Below, one piece after another: positions 23,601-38,600 of a stretch of 64,000 bases of DNA. The DNA is from Leucoraja erinacea. Its lineage: Eukaryota. Each line of letters starts with the position of its first letter. Position 1 is the stretch's first letter. Both the position numbers and the translations under genes were made by a program. The notes under the pieces are model-generated. The model saw nothing but the letters and a program-made list of their open reading frames with translations. It had not been told where the DNA came from and did no database searches. The stretch is taken from contig NC_073397.1 of the NCBI RefSeq assembly GCF_028641065.1, positions 18,538,001-18,602,000 on the forward strand, read 5' to 3'.

Positions 23601-26600
23601 GCCTAAAGAGTTATAATGTTTTTCTGGTCGCCGCTGGATTTTGAAATGTTCAAAACTTTTCGACGACTGGGCTTGACCATAGCTTGTCTTCTCCTTTCGT
23701 AGGTGCTGTCGTAGGTTGTCGCCAGGATGACGCATGTTGTCGCCAGGTGTCGCTGGGTGCTGACCAGTGAATTCCATTGGCGACTACTTACGTCAACCGG
23801 CGACAGGTACTGGCGACTGAATTGTCTTCTTAGTTGACGCCGACAGGGTCGTAGCTTGTCGTGGGTGGACGCAGGTTGACTTCGGTTGTCGTAGGTTGTC
23901 GCCTGTGTGGTCGTAGGTTACTGTAGGCATAGTCGTAGGTGGACGTTCTAAGTTGCCATAGCTTGACGTCGACTAGGTGGTAGATTGTCTTAGACAATGT
24001 CGTGGGGGGGGCGGGGAGGGGGTCCAGTCGCCGCTTTTTCGGCGACCTGCAATGACTGCAACCGCCGGCAGTCGCCAAAGAAATCGCCTAAGTGGGACAG
24101 GCCTTTACAGTCACACATTTTAATTTTAACATTTAGTTAATGGTTAATATGCAGGTTAGAATCCCATGGTGTACAAACAATCCTGATTCCTATTTCAAGA
24201 AGGAATTGATTTTGTAAGCCCCAGGCTGATGGATGAATGACTAGATATGACAGTTTACATCTTTGCTGCAGCCCTTTTTTACATGCCAATTGTCCATTAC
24301 ATACTAATATTTATTGTCTACCATAATTATTTTTAATGGCCAATTCTTTACATTCACACATTCAACAGTGCATTTAAAAATAGAAAATCTGCAGTGATTG
24401 GAATATATAACCATTAACAACTTTCAAACCAAATTGCATATGGGTGGCAGATCAAGTGAATGGGGAAACATCGCCTTTTGTGATCAGAAGTTTTATTGAT
24501 TGTACAAGGTAAATAGTTACTGGAAAAATATCAGCATTATTGCAGTGATGACACAAATGGAGAACAATAATATTTTCCAATTTCTTTCATCACTGAAAAG
24601 TTTAAACACAAAGAGAAAGAAAACTTTATTTCTGTGTAAAATCGTCATTTAAATGTTTGTTACTGCTTATCCATTGTTATACCGTCAAAATGTAATTTTC
24701 CAATGTACTGTAGTATAATTTTCCCTTGTATAAGATTTATTTAAGAATAGGGTTTTTTTAATGCTTAGGTTTATATGACATTTTTACCTCAAATTGAATA
24801 TGAAATTATAATTCTCTAAACTAAAAAACTAAACTAAACTAAAAATGTAATGTTTCCATTCATTGAGGAAAGTGACTACGAACACTGCCTTGATTTCTGC
24901 TTTATACACAAAGTGCTGGAGTAACTCAGTGGGACAGGCTGCATCCCTGGAGAGAAGGGATGGATGATGTTTCGGGTCGAGACCCTTCTTCAGACTGATG
25001 TCAGAGGGGTGGGAGATAGATAGATAAGGAAGTGGGAAGGTGTGAAAATAGGGCAAAGGGAATGGAGGTCAAGGAAAATATAGAATAGATTATTGTTAGC
25101 TGGGAGAAGGCAACAACAAAGCAAACAGATAAAATGTAGTCGGAGACAGTAAGACTGGTCGGAGAACTGGGAAGGGGGAGGATTTAGGAAGGAACTGCAG
25201 ATGCTGAGTTAAACCAAAGATGGACACAAAAAGCTGGAGTAACTGATCAGTCTGAAGAAGGGTCTCGACACGAAACATCACCCATTCCTTCTCTCCAGAG
25301 ATGCTGCCTGTCCCGCTGAGTAAAGGCCTTGTCCCACTTACGTGTCCTTGACACGCAAATTACGCAATCTCGTCGTCGCGTTGAGGCGCACGGGCATCGT
25401 GTGGCCGCGCAAGGCCGGTCCCACTGAGAAGCGCGGAGGGGTATGGGGTTGTGCGCGGTATCGCACGGCGCTCCGGGATTTTGTAGCGAACTAAATCTTC
25501 GCTCGCCACCGGCCTGTCGCGTAACTGACGGCCGGTGGCGACAAGCCCAAGACCCTGGCACGACGCAACATCTCACCTCCAACAGCAGCAGAAGCAGGCA
25601 AACGATCGTCGAACTCAGCCTGGGGCTTACGGCCGTTGCGGTCCGGATCCGCTCCCACTTCTACTCCCAGAGTGGGGCCAAGAAAAATGAAGATAGACAC
25701 AAAATGCTGGAGTAACTCAGCGGGACCGGCAGCATCTCTGGAGAGAAGGAATGGGTGATGTTTCGGGTCAAGACCCTTCTTTCAGACTGAAGAAGGGGTC
25801 TCGACCCGAAACGTCACCCATTGCTTCTCTCCAGAGAATCTGCCGGTCCCGCTGAGTTACTCCAGCATTTTGTGTCCATCTTCAAATGACGTCACACGCT
25901 CCAGACAGCTGTGCGGACGCATGAAGTCCTGCACGACCTTCGCGCCTCCACGCGACGACGAAGTTGCGTAATTAGCGTGCCAAGGACACGTAAGTGGGAC
26001 AGGGGCTTTACTCCAGCATTTTGTGTATCTGAGAAGAAAATTAAGATTGGTTGTCAACACTAGATTGAACACAAATTTGAGCAGACCTACATGCATGAGG
26101 GAAATGGACAGGCAGAGAGTATCTTGGGTAGATAATTTAAAAGATTTGCTTCAGCATGAAGACATTTCTTTTCATCTTAATACTGGATAACCAATTAATA
26201 GCTTTAAGACTATGACCCTTGGTAATAAACACTCCATCCTTTTTGAACTGTAAAAAAATTGTATTTTTCAACAAGATCACATCCCATTCATCTAAACTCC
26301 AGGCTAAAGACCAAGTCTCCCAACTTAGGAATCAAACTATATAACCTTTGTTACCCTCCAATTGTCCCATATGTCCTTGAGGTAGTGAGATCAGACTGGC
26401 ACGCAGTATTTCAGCGTGTAGGACGGAACTGCAGATGCTGGCTTAAACTGAAGATAGACACAAAATGCTGGAGTAACTCAGCGGGATTGGCAGATTCAAG
26501 ATTCAAGAGAGTTCATTGTCATGTGTCCCTGATATGACAATGAAATTCCTGCTTTGCTTCAGCACAACAGAAAATAGTAGGCATTGACTACAAAACAGAT

Positions 26601-29600
26601 CGGTGTGTCCATATACAATTATATATGTATATACACACATGAATAAATAAACTGATAAAGTGCAAATAACAGATAATGGGCTATTAATGTTCAGAGTTTT
26701 GTCCGAGCCAAGTTTAATAGCCTGTTGGCTGTGGGGAAGTAGCTATTCCTGAACCTGGTCGTTGCAGTCATCAGGCTCCTGTACCTTCTACCTGAAGGTA
26801 GCAGGGAGATGAGTGTGTGGCCAGACTGACACAAACAGACTGTGGTCTGTGAATGAGGAAGTCGAAAATCCAATTGCAAAGGGATGCGCAGAGATCCAGT
26901 TCTGCGAGATTGGTAACCAGCTTGGAGGGGATGATTGTATTAAATGCCGAGCTGTAATCAATGAATAACAGCCTGACATATGAGTACCTCTGGAGAGAAG
27001 GAATGTGACGTTTCGGATAGAGACCGGAAACGTCACCCACAGTATTCTAGTTGCAGTTTTCCAAGGGCCTAATGTAATTGCAGAAATAAGTCATTACCCT
27101 TCTACACAATTTCTCTTTAAGTATAGACCAACATACAATTTGCCTTCCATTCTGACATGTTCAGATGGCTTGTAGGTTGGATTTATGTTGCCATTTAATT
27201 TTATATCCAAGCAGAACTCTATCATTGCTAATATGACTAATGAAGCTGTAATTGCTACACTTTCATTTATAATTTCTTGAAATATGTGGGCTTAATTCCA
27301 ATTTTATAAAAAATTGTGAATTCCTCCTGTTGCCATTAAGATTATTCATGAAGGATCAGTGGACAGTTTAGGCATTAGGACTTGTTTATAATGGGAACTG
27401 GAACCATGTTAAGCATTACACTTCAGGAGAGGATGTTGTAGGCTTGGATTTGAAATATAAAGAATGCTTTAAAATAATGTCAGCACTGAAACCAAATGAG
27501 GAAATACACAATTGCACTTCATGGTCTTATGGGATTTCCAAAACTATTTCAACAGGGGTTTGGGCTTTATCTTTCCATATATGGTAATAAAGGCCATTTG
27601 GCAAAGAGCCAGTCACATCATTGAAGTTCCTGAACAGAGTTCAAAATGAAGACTATCTTTACTCCCTGTTCACTTTGCTCTAATAGTTGTTTCATGTTTG
27701 CTTGTACATCATTGTACTTTATAAGGAACCAGACAATTTCCTCAATTCATCTTCTCTATGTGTCATTTGTGTTCGCACTTTGATATCGACTGTTCATTCT
27801 TTGTTACAAAACCCCACCATAAAACACCTATGGTAATTTCTATTCTATTGGGAATAGCATACATTTATTTAGGGGCAACATTTGATTGATGTGTAGAATG
27901 AACTATTCCCTCATTTTTCAATCTCAGAAAATTATAACTATTTACCAAATAGATTGCTGATATAACACCAGAGATTACATAATCTATTGCCATTTATAAT
28001 CAATATTTCTGTAAATTCTGCCTTAAAATTACAGTACAAGAGCCAATAATAAGAAACGTATTTATTTATTTTGATTTCACTTTGAATATTTGAGATTTTT
28101 GAAAACATTTGAAGAAACTTTTTAAGGGTATATTCAAACTCATCTCTTTTTATTTATTAAGTTGTAAGCAATTAGTTGCAACCTATGGCATAATGATTAG
28201 TGACTAAGCTATTATACAAGAGCTATGTACAATCTAAACTGCATTTTAGTTCAAAAGATTGATGAAATAATTGTTTATGGCATTATAGGACACAAAAAAG
28301 ATATGAGGAGAAATTCATTTCCCCAGATGATGGAGAATTATTGAAATTCCAAGTGGAGGCTATTTTTCTTGAGCAAAGAAAGTTGAGGAATGACGTTACA
28401 GCTTTGTAAAATTATGAGGGCCATTGATGGTCGTCCTTTTCCCATAATATCAAAGTCTAAAGCTCGAGAGCATAGTTTTAAAGTGAGAGGGGAAAGATTT
28501 AAAGGAAATTTGAGGAGAGTTTTCTTCGCAGAGAGGGTGAAAGATATCTGGATTGAGCTTCCCAATTTCCCGCTAACCTACATTACTTGTAGTCCACCAA
28601 AGTTACAATGTTTAAAAGACCACTTTCAAAAGTATATGGATATGACAGATTTAGAAGGGTGTGGGCCAAAAGCAGGCAAATGGGATTAGTGTAGGCAGGC
28701 ATCTTGGAAAACATTGACTACTCTCAAGCCTTCCGGAACCAGGCCTGTGGCTTGAGAGGATACAAAGACCTTTGTGAAGGCCTCACCAATCTTCTCCATT
28801 GTCCCATCTCCAGGGATAGATACCAGCAAGCCCTGAGGACTTCAAGAGACCCAACACCACCTCCTTCTTGATCTGAAAATGCCCTTGCATATTAGTGATT
28901 TAATAAAAGTGTTTTAACTTAACACCTCTGATTGCAGATTGTATCTTTACATGCAAACAGGCCACCCCCTCCCACTGCCACAAATGAAACCTCATTTTGG
29001 CCCTTATACTTTTTTCAATTCTGCATTTTCTCTGTAATTCTAACTGTAATCCGCACTCAGTTTATTTTCTCTTTTGCACTACCTGATCTCAGTAAGCTAC
29101 GATTTACCTGGGTAATACACAAAACAAGGATTTTCACCATTTTGGTACACATGACAATAATAAACGTAAACTAATTTAAGGATGATGCTTTCTCGCCACT
29201 AGATGCACAATACTCCTTTAATGTCAGGAGAAATAAGTTAATGGGATTCTAAAATGTGCCAATTCTTGCACCAGAGGTAAACCACTGACTTTCCTTCCAA
29301 CCAGCTCATCATATTACTCTCCTCCAGTTCCCCACAAAACAGAAAATGTTGATATTGTATAATATACCTTGGCTATACCTTGGCAGGACAAATCAAAATA
29401 GGACGTACATGGTAAATGGTAGGGAATTGAAGAATACAGTTGAACAGAGGGATCTGGGAATAACCGTGCATAGTTCCTTGAAGGTGGAATCTCATATAGA
29501 TAGGGTGGTAAAGAAAGCTTTTGGTATGCTAGCCTTTATAAATCAGAGCATTGAGTATAGAAGTTGGGATGTAATGTTAAAATTGTACAAGGCATTGGTG

Positions 29601-32600
29601 AGACCAAATCTGGAGTATGGTGTACAATTTTGGTTGCCCAATTATAGGAAGGATGTCAACAAAATAGAGAGAGTACAGAGGAGATTTACTAGAATGTTGC
29701 CTGGGTTTCAACAACTAAGTTACAGAGATAGGTTGAATAAGTTAGGTCTTTATTCTCTGGAGCGCAGAAGGTTAAGGGGGGACTTGATAGAGGTCTTTAA
29801 AATGATGAGAGGGATAGACAGAGTTGATGTGGACAAGCTTTTCCCTTTGAGAAAAGGGAAGATTCAAACAAGAGGACATGACTTCAGAATTAAGGGACAG
29901 AAGTTTAGGGGTAACATGAGGGGGAACTTCTTTACTCAGAGAGTGGTAGCGTTATGGAATGAGCTTCCAGTGGAAGTGGTGGAGGCAGGTTCGTTGGTAT
30001 CATTTAAAAATAAATTGGATAGACATATGGATGAGAAGGGAATGGAGGGTTATGGTATGAGTGCAGGCAGGTGGGACTAAAGGGAAAAAAAGTTGTGTCG
30101 GCACGGACTTGTAGGGCCGAGATGGCCAGTTTCCGTGCTGTAATTGTTATATGGTTATACCTATTTGAATTAGTGATTAAAACAAAGGTCGTGATAATAT
30201 TTAAGAATACAATAGTTGTATGATTTGAAGGAAAGGAGAGTATTTCAAAAGTTTAGCTATATGCATTAAGACCACAGTGTTGCTTATTTGGGAAATAAAT
30301 ACTTTCTTATGTTGAAAAGGCTGATAGTTCTGAATCGTTGCAATTCCATTGCTTATCTCAATTATCATTTCCAAAATTGAGATAATATTGTCCATCATCA
30401 TCCATCAGCTCTGCATTTATAATGTTGAGATTTACTTTGCCATTGCTTTCCCAAACAGCTACCCATCTTCCACTTTGTAAAGGTAAATTCGTCCAATACC
30501 ATGTTGCTTGTATCTCACTCATCAACTTCACTTCACCCAATTTCCCACAAACCTACATTGTTTCCAGTCACCCAACATTCACATCTATGTGTTGTGTAAA
30601 CCCTCTGTGGCTTTGTCCTTTTCTATCACCATAACCTCTGAAAGCATTTTTTTTTCACCTTGTTCCAAATTCCAAATAAACTTGCATGGTCAAGTGCAAA
30701 TTTGAGACTGATGTTTTTTTTTAATATAACCAATAACGTCTTAAAATCATTGTGCAAATTCTCCAACTTATGGTCACTTTTATTAACTATTATACTTGTA
30801 AAGATCCATTGACGTTTTATACATGAATGTCTTATTGTCTTTCCCTAGGCTTTAGACAAGGACAGATTTGTACTCCAGAAAATGAAGAAGGCAGTCAAAA
30901 CAAGATACACCACAGGGCAAGGTAAAGAGTTCTGGTACATCTTTAAATTTAATAATATTTAAAAACACATTCAAGGACGGTCTTTTGTTATACATAATTG
31001 TGAATATTTAGATCTTATAATTTTGCATTTAACACATCAGGAATCTCAGATAGATCCACCACGCACCTGCATCAGACTCTTCTTTGTTGATTATTACTTC
31101 ACCTTCAACAACGTAATCTCAACAAAACTCCTAGACCTAGGAGTCAGCACCTTGCTCTGCAACTGGATCTATGACTTCCTGAGCCACAGATTACAATCAG
31201 TGAGGACAGGCGACAAAACATCCTCCATGATAATGCCTAACATCAGTGCCCTTACTATACTCTTTATACACTTATAACAATGTGACCAAATTGTGCTCTA
31301 AATCCATTTTGAAATTTGCAGATGACATTACCATGGTGGGCTGAATCTCGAACAATGATGTGATGGGGTACAGGAAGGAGTTAAAGCTTAGAAACATAGT
31401 GTCAAAACTACAACCTATTTTGTGTTGTCAGCAGGACAAGGAGCTTGTTATGAACCTCAGGTAGCAAAGTGATATACGTGCCCATGTCAGCATCAATGGT
31501 GGCGACCATCTCCAGATGGTTGAGAGCTTCAATTCCTTCTGCATAAATATCACCAACAATTTGTCCTCGATCAACATTGGACAAAAAAGCAGACCAACAC
31601 CTCTACTTCCTGTGAAATGTAACAAAGTTCGGCATGTCTCCAACAACTCTTACCAACTTCTTTGTTGGAAACATCCAATTGGAATCTTCAGTCGAACAGA
31701 AGATACAAAAGCTTGAGTGCCACCAAACTCAGGAACAACATCTTTCCTGCTTTTCACTGTAGTTCGGTACACATGACAATAATAACCAAATCAGTACCAC
31801 TTTCAGTTGAATCCAAAATAAAATTGCCGGCTTTTGACTTCACATATTTAGTTTTGTTGATGTAGCCCTATCCTTGTCCTTAACATCTCTAGACTTGATC
31901 GCTCCAAGACATTCTTGGATGTCCTCCTATCTTGTGCCCTTCATAACTTGAAGTTAATAAAACTCTGTTGCTTATTTTCTATCTACCAACTCGTGCTCAC
32001 GCCTGTGCTTTCTGACCTATATTGGTTCTTGGTTAGGCAGTTCCTGAAATTTAAAAAAAAAGCACACTTGTTTTCAAACCTCTCCAAAATCTCACCCTTC
32101 TGTGGTTCTATAATCTCCTCCAGTCCTGTAAAAATCCCAGATAATAACTGAAAATAATGGAAACACTCAGCAGATCAAACACAATAAGTGGGGAGAGAAG
32201 CAGTCTGCAATCAGGTGCAGACCAAAGTTGTCATGGTAACAATTAGTTTTAAACTAGGAGTTCGGGACAGAAAACAAACAAACAGTTTTTTTAAGGTGGC
32301 GCAGTGCCTTACAGCGCTACAAATCCGGGTTTGATCCTGCCTAGGAGTGCTGTCTATACGGAGTTTGCATGTTCTCCATGCGACCACATGGGTTTTCTCC
32401 GGGCGATCTGGTTTCCTCACACTTTCATAAGACGTATAGGTTTGAAGGTTAAAATTGGAAAATTTTCTGTAAAATTGTAAATTGTCTCTAGTGTGTTGGA
32501 TAGTGCTAGTGTAGGAGGTGATCGAGGTCGGTGGGCCAAAGGACTGTTTCCTTGCTGTATCTCTAAAGTCTAAGTCTAAAGAAATAAGAGACACAGTCTG

Positions 32601-35600
32601 ACCTGCAAAAGATGAAGGTCAGTTCTAGGGCATCTTCATGCAGCTCTAACCGAACCTTGGCTCACCCATGAGCATCAGGTCATTGTCTCCTAGACGGTCA
32701 CTGATCTTCTATAGTTCCAATCTTATTGTTCCTCAACCTCCCAAATACCTCTCTTATTACACCTCCCCAAAATCCACAAGCAAGACCATTCCGATAGACC
32801 AAAGATAGATACAAAATGCTGGAGTAACTCAACGGGTCAGGCAGCATCTCTGGAGAAAATGGATAGGTGACATTTCGGGTCGAGACATTTCTTCAGGGCT
32901 GGTAAACCATTATTTTTTGCATGCTGTTGTCCCATGGAACTTATTTCTTCCTATCTTAATTCATTTTCCCTCCTTGTATACTCCTTTTCTTTCATATCTG
33001 TAATGCCTTTGAAGCCCTCCACCACACTTTTCAGTTTACCGGTTCCAATCAGCTCTTCTTCACTATGGACTTCTGATTCTTGTGTATGGCCACCAAGATG
33101 TTATGAGGACCCATCACTCATGCTTGAATGGAAGACAATCTGTTCTCTTCCATCACCCTATTCCTTTACTGGTTGAACCTTTGTGTACATTAAACAACTT
33201 TTTGACTCAAATCCGTTCTCACCAACTCACTTTCCATAATTAAAAGGTGCAAATTGCCTTTCTGGATTGTTTGATATGAGGAAGAGTCCTTGCTAAAGTG
33301 CTTTTCAGGCTTTTTCTGCCTCATCTGTCTTCTTGTCGTACAGAACACACATATTCCAATTTGCCCCCCTTGCCAATATGTCCCCCTTGTAGTATTCATA
33401 TGGTAAAATTGAGACGCCTCCCTTTCTTTACATCTCTATCTCCATTTCAGATAATAGGTTAGCCAATATCCCATTATAAATTCACCAACTCCCATAGTTA
33501 TCTCAATTATTACTCTGCTTCCGGTACATTCCATTCTCCCAGTTTCTTTATCTTCATCATATCTGCTCACATTATGAGTCTTACTACTCCAGTACATCTC
33601 CTCCTAGCCAGGACAAAGGTATCACCTTGTGTCATCTGTCTCACCGATCTACACAGTCATTGGATTACCCTCAATAGTTTCTGACAACTCCAATGAATTT
33701 TCACTATCAGACACTCTGCATTTTGAAAGGACCATTCCCTTAATAATTATTTGGTCCTCTCCTCCATCTCCACCATCTATTCTCCTTCTCATGGCAGTTT
33801 TCCATGCAACTTCTGGAGGCTCAATACATGGCCTTGCAGTATGTAAGGACCGAAAATCTTTAGTAGTTCACTTGCTCTTCTTCCAATCTCATGCATTGTA
33901 TTTGGTCCTCGCAATGCATTCATCTCTGCATTGAAGAGAAGCAAAAGATGAGGGGATAATTGCTTTTCAGAATACTTCAATTCATTCTGCAAGAGCATCC
34001 TTGAGCACCCATTTTTGCTTTGTGCGTCTCACCCATTTGGCCCAATATATGCTCATGGATCAGCAATCAGCACCTGTGTCTGAGTACATTGGTACTTAAT
34101 ATTGAATTTGACAATTTCAAATTATTTTCTTTTCTCTCTGGAGTAGTGCTTGTATCTGATTTACAAACTTTATTTTTTTCGTTTTTGGTCACAAACTTTC
34201 CCTTTAAATTCTGCAACTTAAAACATATTTGCTTTCTAATTTTTCCAGTTCTGATGAAGGATAACGTTCAGGAACAGCTTCATCTCTACAGCCTACTACC
34301 CTCCTTAGGCTAATAAACACTACAACCTCCAAATAAGCTCAGAACTACATAGACTATTATTGTTATTATTACATTATTAATGTTTGTTTGTTTTTGTGTG
34401 TGTATATTTATATATGTTTATATGGGTGTTTTTTGGGGGTGGGTTTTCTCATTTATTCTATTTTCTACAGTGTATTATGTTTAGATATTCTGTGTGCTGC
34501 TGCAAGTAAGAATTTCATTGTTCTTTCTGGGACATATGACAATAAAACACTTTGACGTTTCTGCTGAGTGCTTCCATTATTTTCTATGTTTATTTACAGG
34601 ACCTGCAATTTCCAAGATATTTGTGCACCTTCACTACTAATTTTCTAAATAACCCCTCGTTTAGTTTGATTTATTGTCATGTGTTCCGAGGTACAGTGAT
34701 AAGCTTTTTGTTGCATGCTATCCAGTCAGCAAAAAGACTAGACATTATTACAATCCACAGTGTCCATTATGTCCACAGTGTGCAGATACAGGTTAAAGGG
34801 AATAATGTTTAGTGCAAGATAAAGTCCTCAAAAGCCAGATTAAAGATAGTCAGAGGGACTCCAATGAGGTAGATGGTAGCTCAGGTCTCCAGTTGTTGAT
34901 AGAATGGTTGTTGTTGATAGAATAGTTCAGTTGCCCGACGACAGCTGGGAAGAAACTGTCCCTGAATCTGGAGGTGTGCGTTTTTACACTTCTGTACCTC
35001 TTGCCTGATGGGAGAGCGGAGAAGAGGGAGTGACTGGGGTGAGACTATGCAAAGGTATGCAAAAAAAGAAATGTCACTACTGAGATATGCGTGGCAATAA
35101 AGTACCATTGAACCAAAACTTCCAAGATATTTGTGCTCCATCAGTTCTAACCTCTTGAACAGCCCTACCTTTAAGTACTTAAGCATTTCAGCTGCAAGAC
35201 ATTTAAACTAACTACCCTTTGAAGGACCTTGTTGCGTAAATACAGATCGTTGTTGTTGATGCATTTATTATTATGGAATTTGATATCCAAGGCGTCCATG
35301 TGATTGATGTTTGACGAATGTATGCATTGGGTGTATTGTAATTATGGCTTATTGATGTAGGATTCTTTCACTTCATTGTATAACAATCCAAATGACCAGA
35401 TTTGAATCTGAATTAGTCACTATAATTAAAATGACCTATTTTTGCCAGTTTTAGCCAATCTCATGTGACGTGAGTGAGTTGTGAGGGGAAAGCTGCTGCT
35501 GATTTTTTCATCAAGCTGAATGAGATTTTAGCCACTTTTGTATCTGCACAGAAATTAAGCAAAAGATACACCAGGTCATTTGTAATCTTTACGCATTGAT

Positions 35601-38600
35601 TGTTTCTAATGAAAGCTGTTGTCAGGTTAGTGTGCAAAAAAAGTAATCAAAGCTACAGTCAGCATAATAACTCTTATAAACATATTACTACTGCATTTAA
35701 AAAGGTAAATTTGTACTGTGATTTGTCCTGAAGCTTTGTAGCTATCCCGACTGCCACAATAAAATTGACGGCGCTGATTCATCACTAGACTTTACAATTG
35801 TCAGTTTGGTATTAGAAATTCAATTTTGAAGGCATGCTTCTTTTAATTGCGTCTGCAGCCATTATACCAATTTTATAACATCAGAGCTCATCAGAAAAGG
35901 AATGCTTGTTTATGTCTTTTAGATAAAGAAGGAGTATGGTATGCTTGCCTGTATCCGTCAGGCGTTGAGTACGTCAGGTATTCATTTTGCAGCTTTATAA
36001 AATTTTGCTAAAACATTTGTAGTATTATTTGCAGTTTTGTCACCTCATGAAGGATGTGGAGAGGGTGCAGATGATAGTGCCCAGATTAGAGGAGATATAA
36101 GTGGTTGGGCAAACTTGGATTGTTTTCTCTGGAATGTTGGAGACTGAGGGGTGACCTGATAGAAGTTTATAAACTTATAAGAGGCATAGATAGGGGTAAA
36201 CATTTAAACTTTATTCCCCAGGGTGGAAATGTCAAATACTAGAGGGCACAACGTTAAGGTGAAAGGAGATGGTCAGAGCATATTTTGTTTACACAGAGTG
36301 AGGTGGGTACTTGGAATGCACTACCAGATGTGGTAGTGGAGACGGATGCTATTGTGGCATTTAAGGGGCCATTAACATGCAAGGAATGGATGGATGTGGG
36401 TAATGTGCAGGCAGAGGATATTAGTTTATCTTAGCATCACGTTCAGCGCAGATACTGTGAATCGAAGGCCCTGTTCCCTTGCTGTTCTATATTTATTTCA
36501 CAATTTCTCATGACATTCTGCTTTCTAAGGGTTGAGTGCAAGTGACACATATTCAAATTATCTGTGTCATTATAAACCAATTCATTGACCTAGTAATGAA
36601 GTGTAGAGCTCAAAATTGTTGGGCAGCTTCAAATATTGGTGGCTTTAAAAGGTGACAGAATTGGATTTCATATTTTCTATGAATTATAAGAAGTTTACAT
36701 CACATTAAATGTCTGCCATAAACTACAAAATCCTGCAATGGTGAACTATATTATGGTAACAACAAACATATGCTGAACACACAAAGTAAAGCATCACCAT
36801 GGATGACACAGTGTGGACTTCATTAACAAATATAAAGTGCTCTTTAATTCATTATTCATTATTGTGATTTATTTTAATATATTCTTTTATTTCTCCCCGC
36901 CTCAACTAGAGAAAGGAATATTGTTCTGAGTTTTGCAGTACTGATGGATGTCTCTTGTGATTTTTTTCTGGTAAATGTAGATCATGCCTTTTTTCCCATT
37001 ACAGGTTGGTCAGAGCTCAATTGCCAAAAAGTAATGCTTTGAGATGTGAGAAGATGAATCAGTTTCTTTTTACATCCATGAAAATAAATGCAGTAGAGTC
37101 AAAGAAACATTAGTAACATTAAGCTATATATGGGAATATATCCATTTCCAGAAAATAACTTCTGTTTCTATTTACATTTGCAGAAGACATATCCCTACAG
37201 GAAACATTCATAAATGAACTGGAAAAACTTGTAGCTAATTTCCAAAGTAATGAAGAGCTAGTACTGGCTGAAGCTTTCAGTAAATTTGCGGAATACTCTA
37301 GAGAGCTGCTGACACCAATGAGAAACCTGGTAAGGCCCGCAGTCGATGTGCAAAAATTAACTCTGAAGAATTAAGGATTTAGAGGATATTTTTCTTTTTT
37401 TGACATTTCTTGAATGTTTGTTTCAAAAGTTTAGTGATATAGCACCAAACTTGTGCCTTGCTTGGAATGTTTAGAACAGAACACACACCACATAATTGTG
37501 CATAAGATTTACAGAAATTGTTTTGACAGCACCTTCTAAATGTTTTGTATGTTTCTAAACAAAGTATGTATTTTGTTTGAAGATAGACACAAACCTCTGG
37601 AGTAATTCTGCGGGACAGGCAGCATCTCTGGAGAGAAAGAATGGGTCGAGACCCTTCTTCAGACTCTAGTCCCGAAATGCCACCCATTCCTTCTCTTCAC
37701 AGATGCTGCCAGTCCCGCTGAGTTACTCCAGCACTTTGTGTCTTTTTCTTTGGTTCAAACCAGCATCTGCAGTTCCTTCCTATATATTTTGTTAAATATT
37801 TGCAGTTTACTTGTATTTGCAAAACACTGGTAAACATTATTCTGTAAGTCGGGTTGACACTCGTGTCCAGCTTTGTTCAATTGGTTTTAGTTGTTTAAAT
37901 ATAAGGTATGAATAAAAGGAAACAATTTAGAAAAATTGAATAAATCACAAACATTTAAGAAAAAACCAACAACTAAAATTAACTAAAAATTGTGTACTGT
38001 CACGTGTACCAGGCTACAGTGAATAGCTTTTATGGTGTATGCTACCCAATCAGCGGAAAGACTATACATTATTACAATTAAGCAGTCCACAATGTACAGA
38101 TACAGGATAAAGGGATTAACATTCAATTCAACATAAATTCCAGTAAGGTCCGACTGAAGATAGTCCGAGGGTCTCTAATGAAGTAAATGGGAGGAATGAT
38201 GATAGAAAGGTTCAGTTGCCTGATGACAGCTGGTGTCTACCGAACTTGAATATGGTGTGGAATGGTTAGAGAGTGAGCCGTGACTATCTACTTGACTGAT
38301 ATGCTGTGTAAGCTACTTGTGAATCTGTGGTTCAAAATATATAGTGACTCCAAAATACCTACTTGTATTCGAATTTATCTTTAATGGAAACTAAAATGAA
38401 ACAGAGAGCCAAAAAGTTTAGATACATTTATAGATAAAGCTAAAGTTAAAATTCTAAATTAAAATGGTTTAGAATTCTAAATTGAAATGGTTTGGTCTTC
38501 TGATCAATAATACCGACCTGCTGTTGTCATCAGAGATAGCCTATATATCTATTTTGCACAGTGACAGCACTGCAAGAAATATCGTAACCCAAAAATAAGA

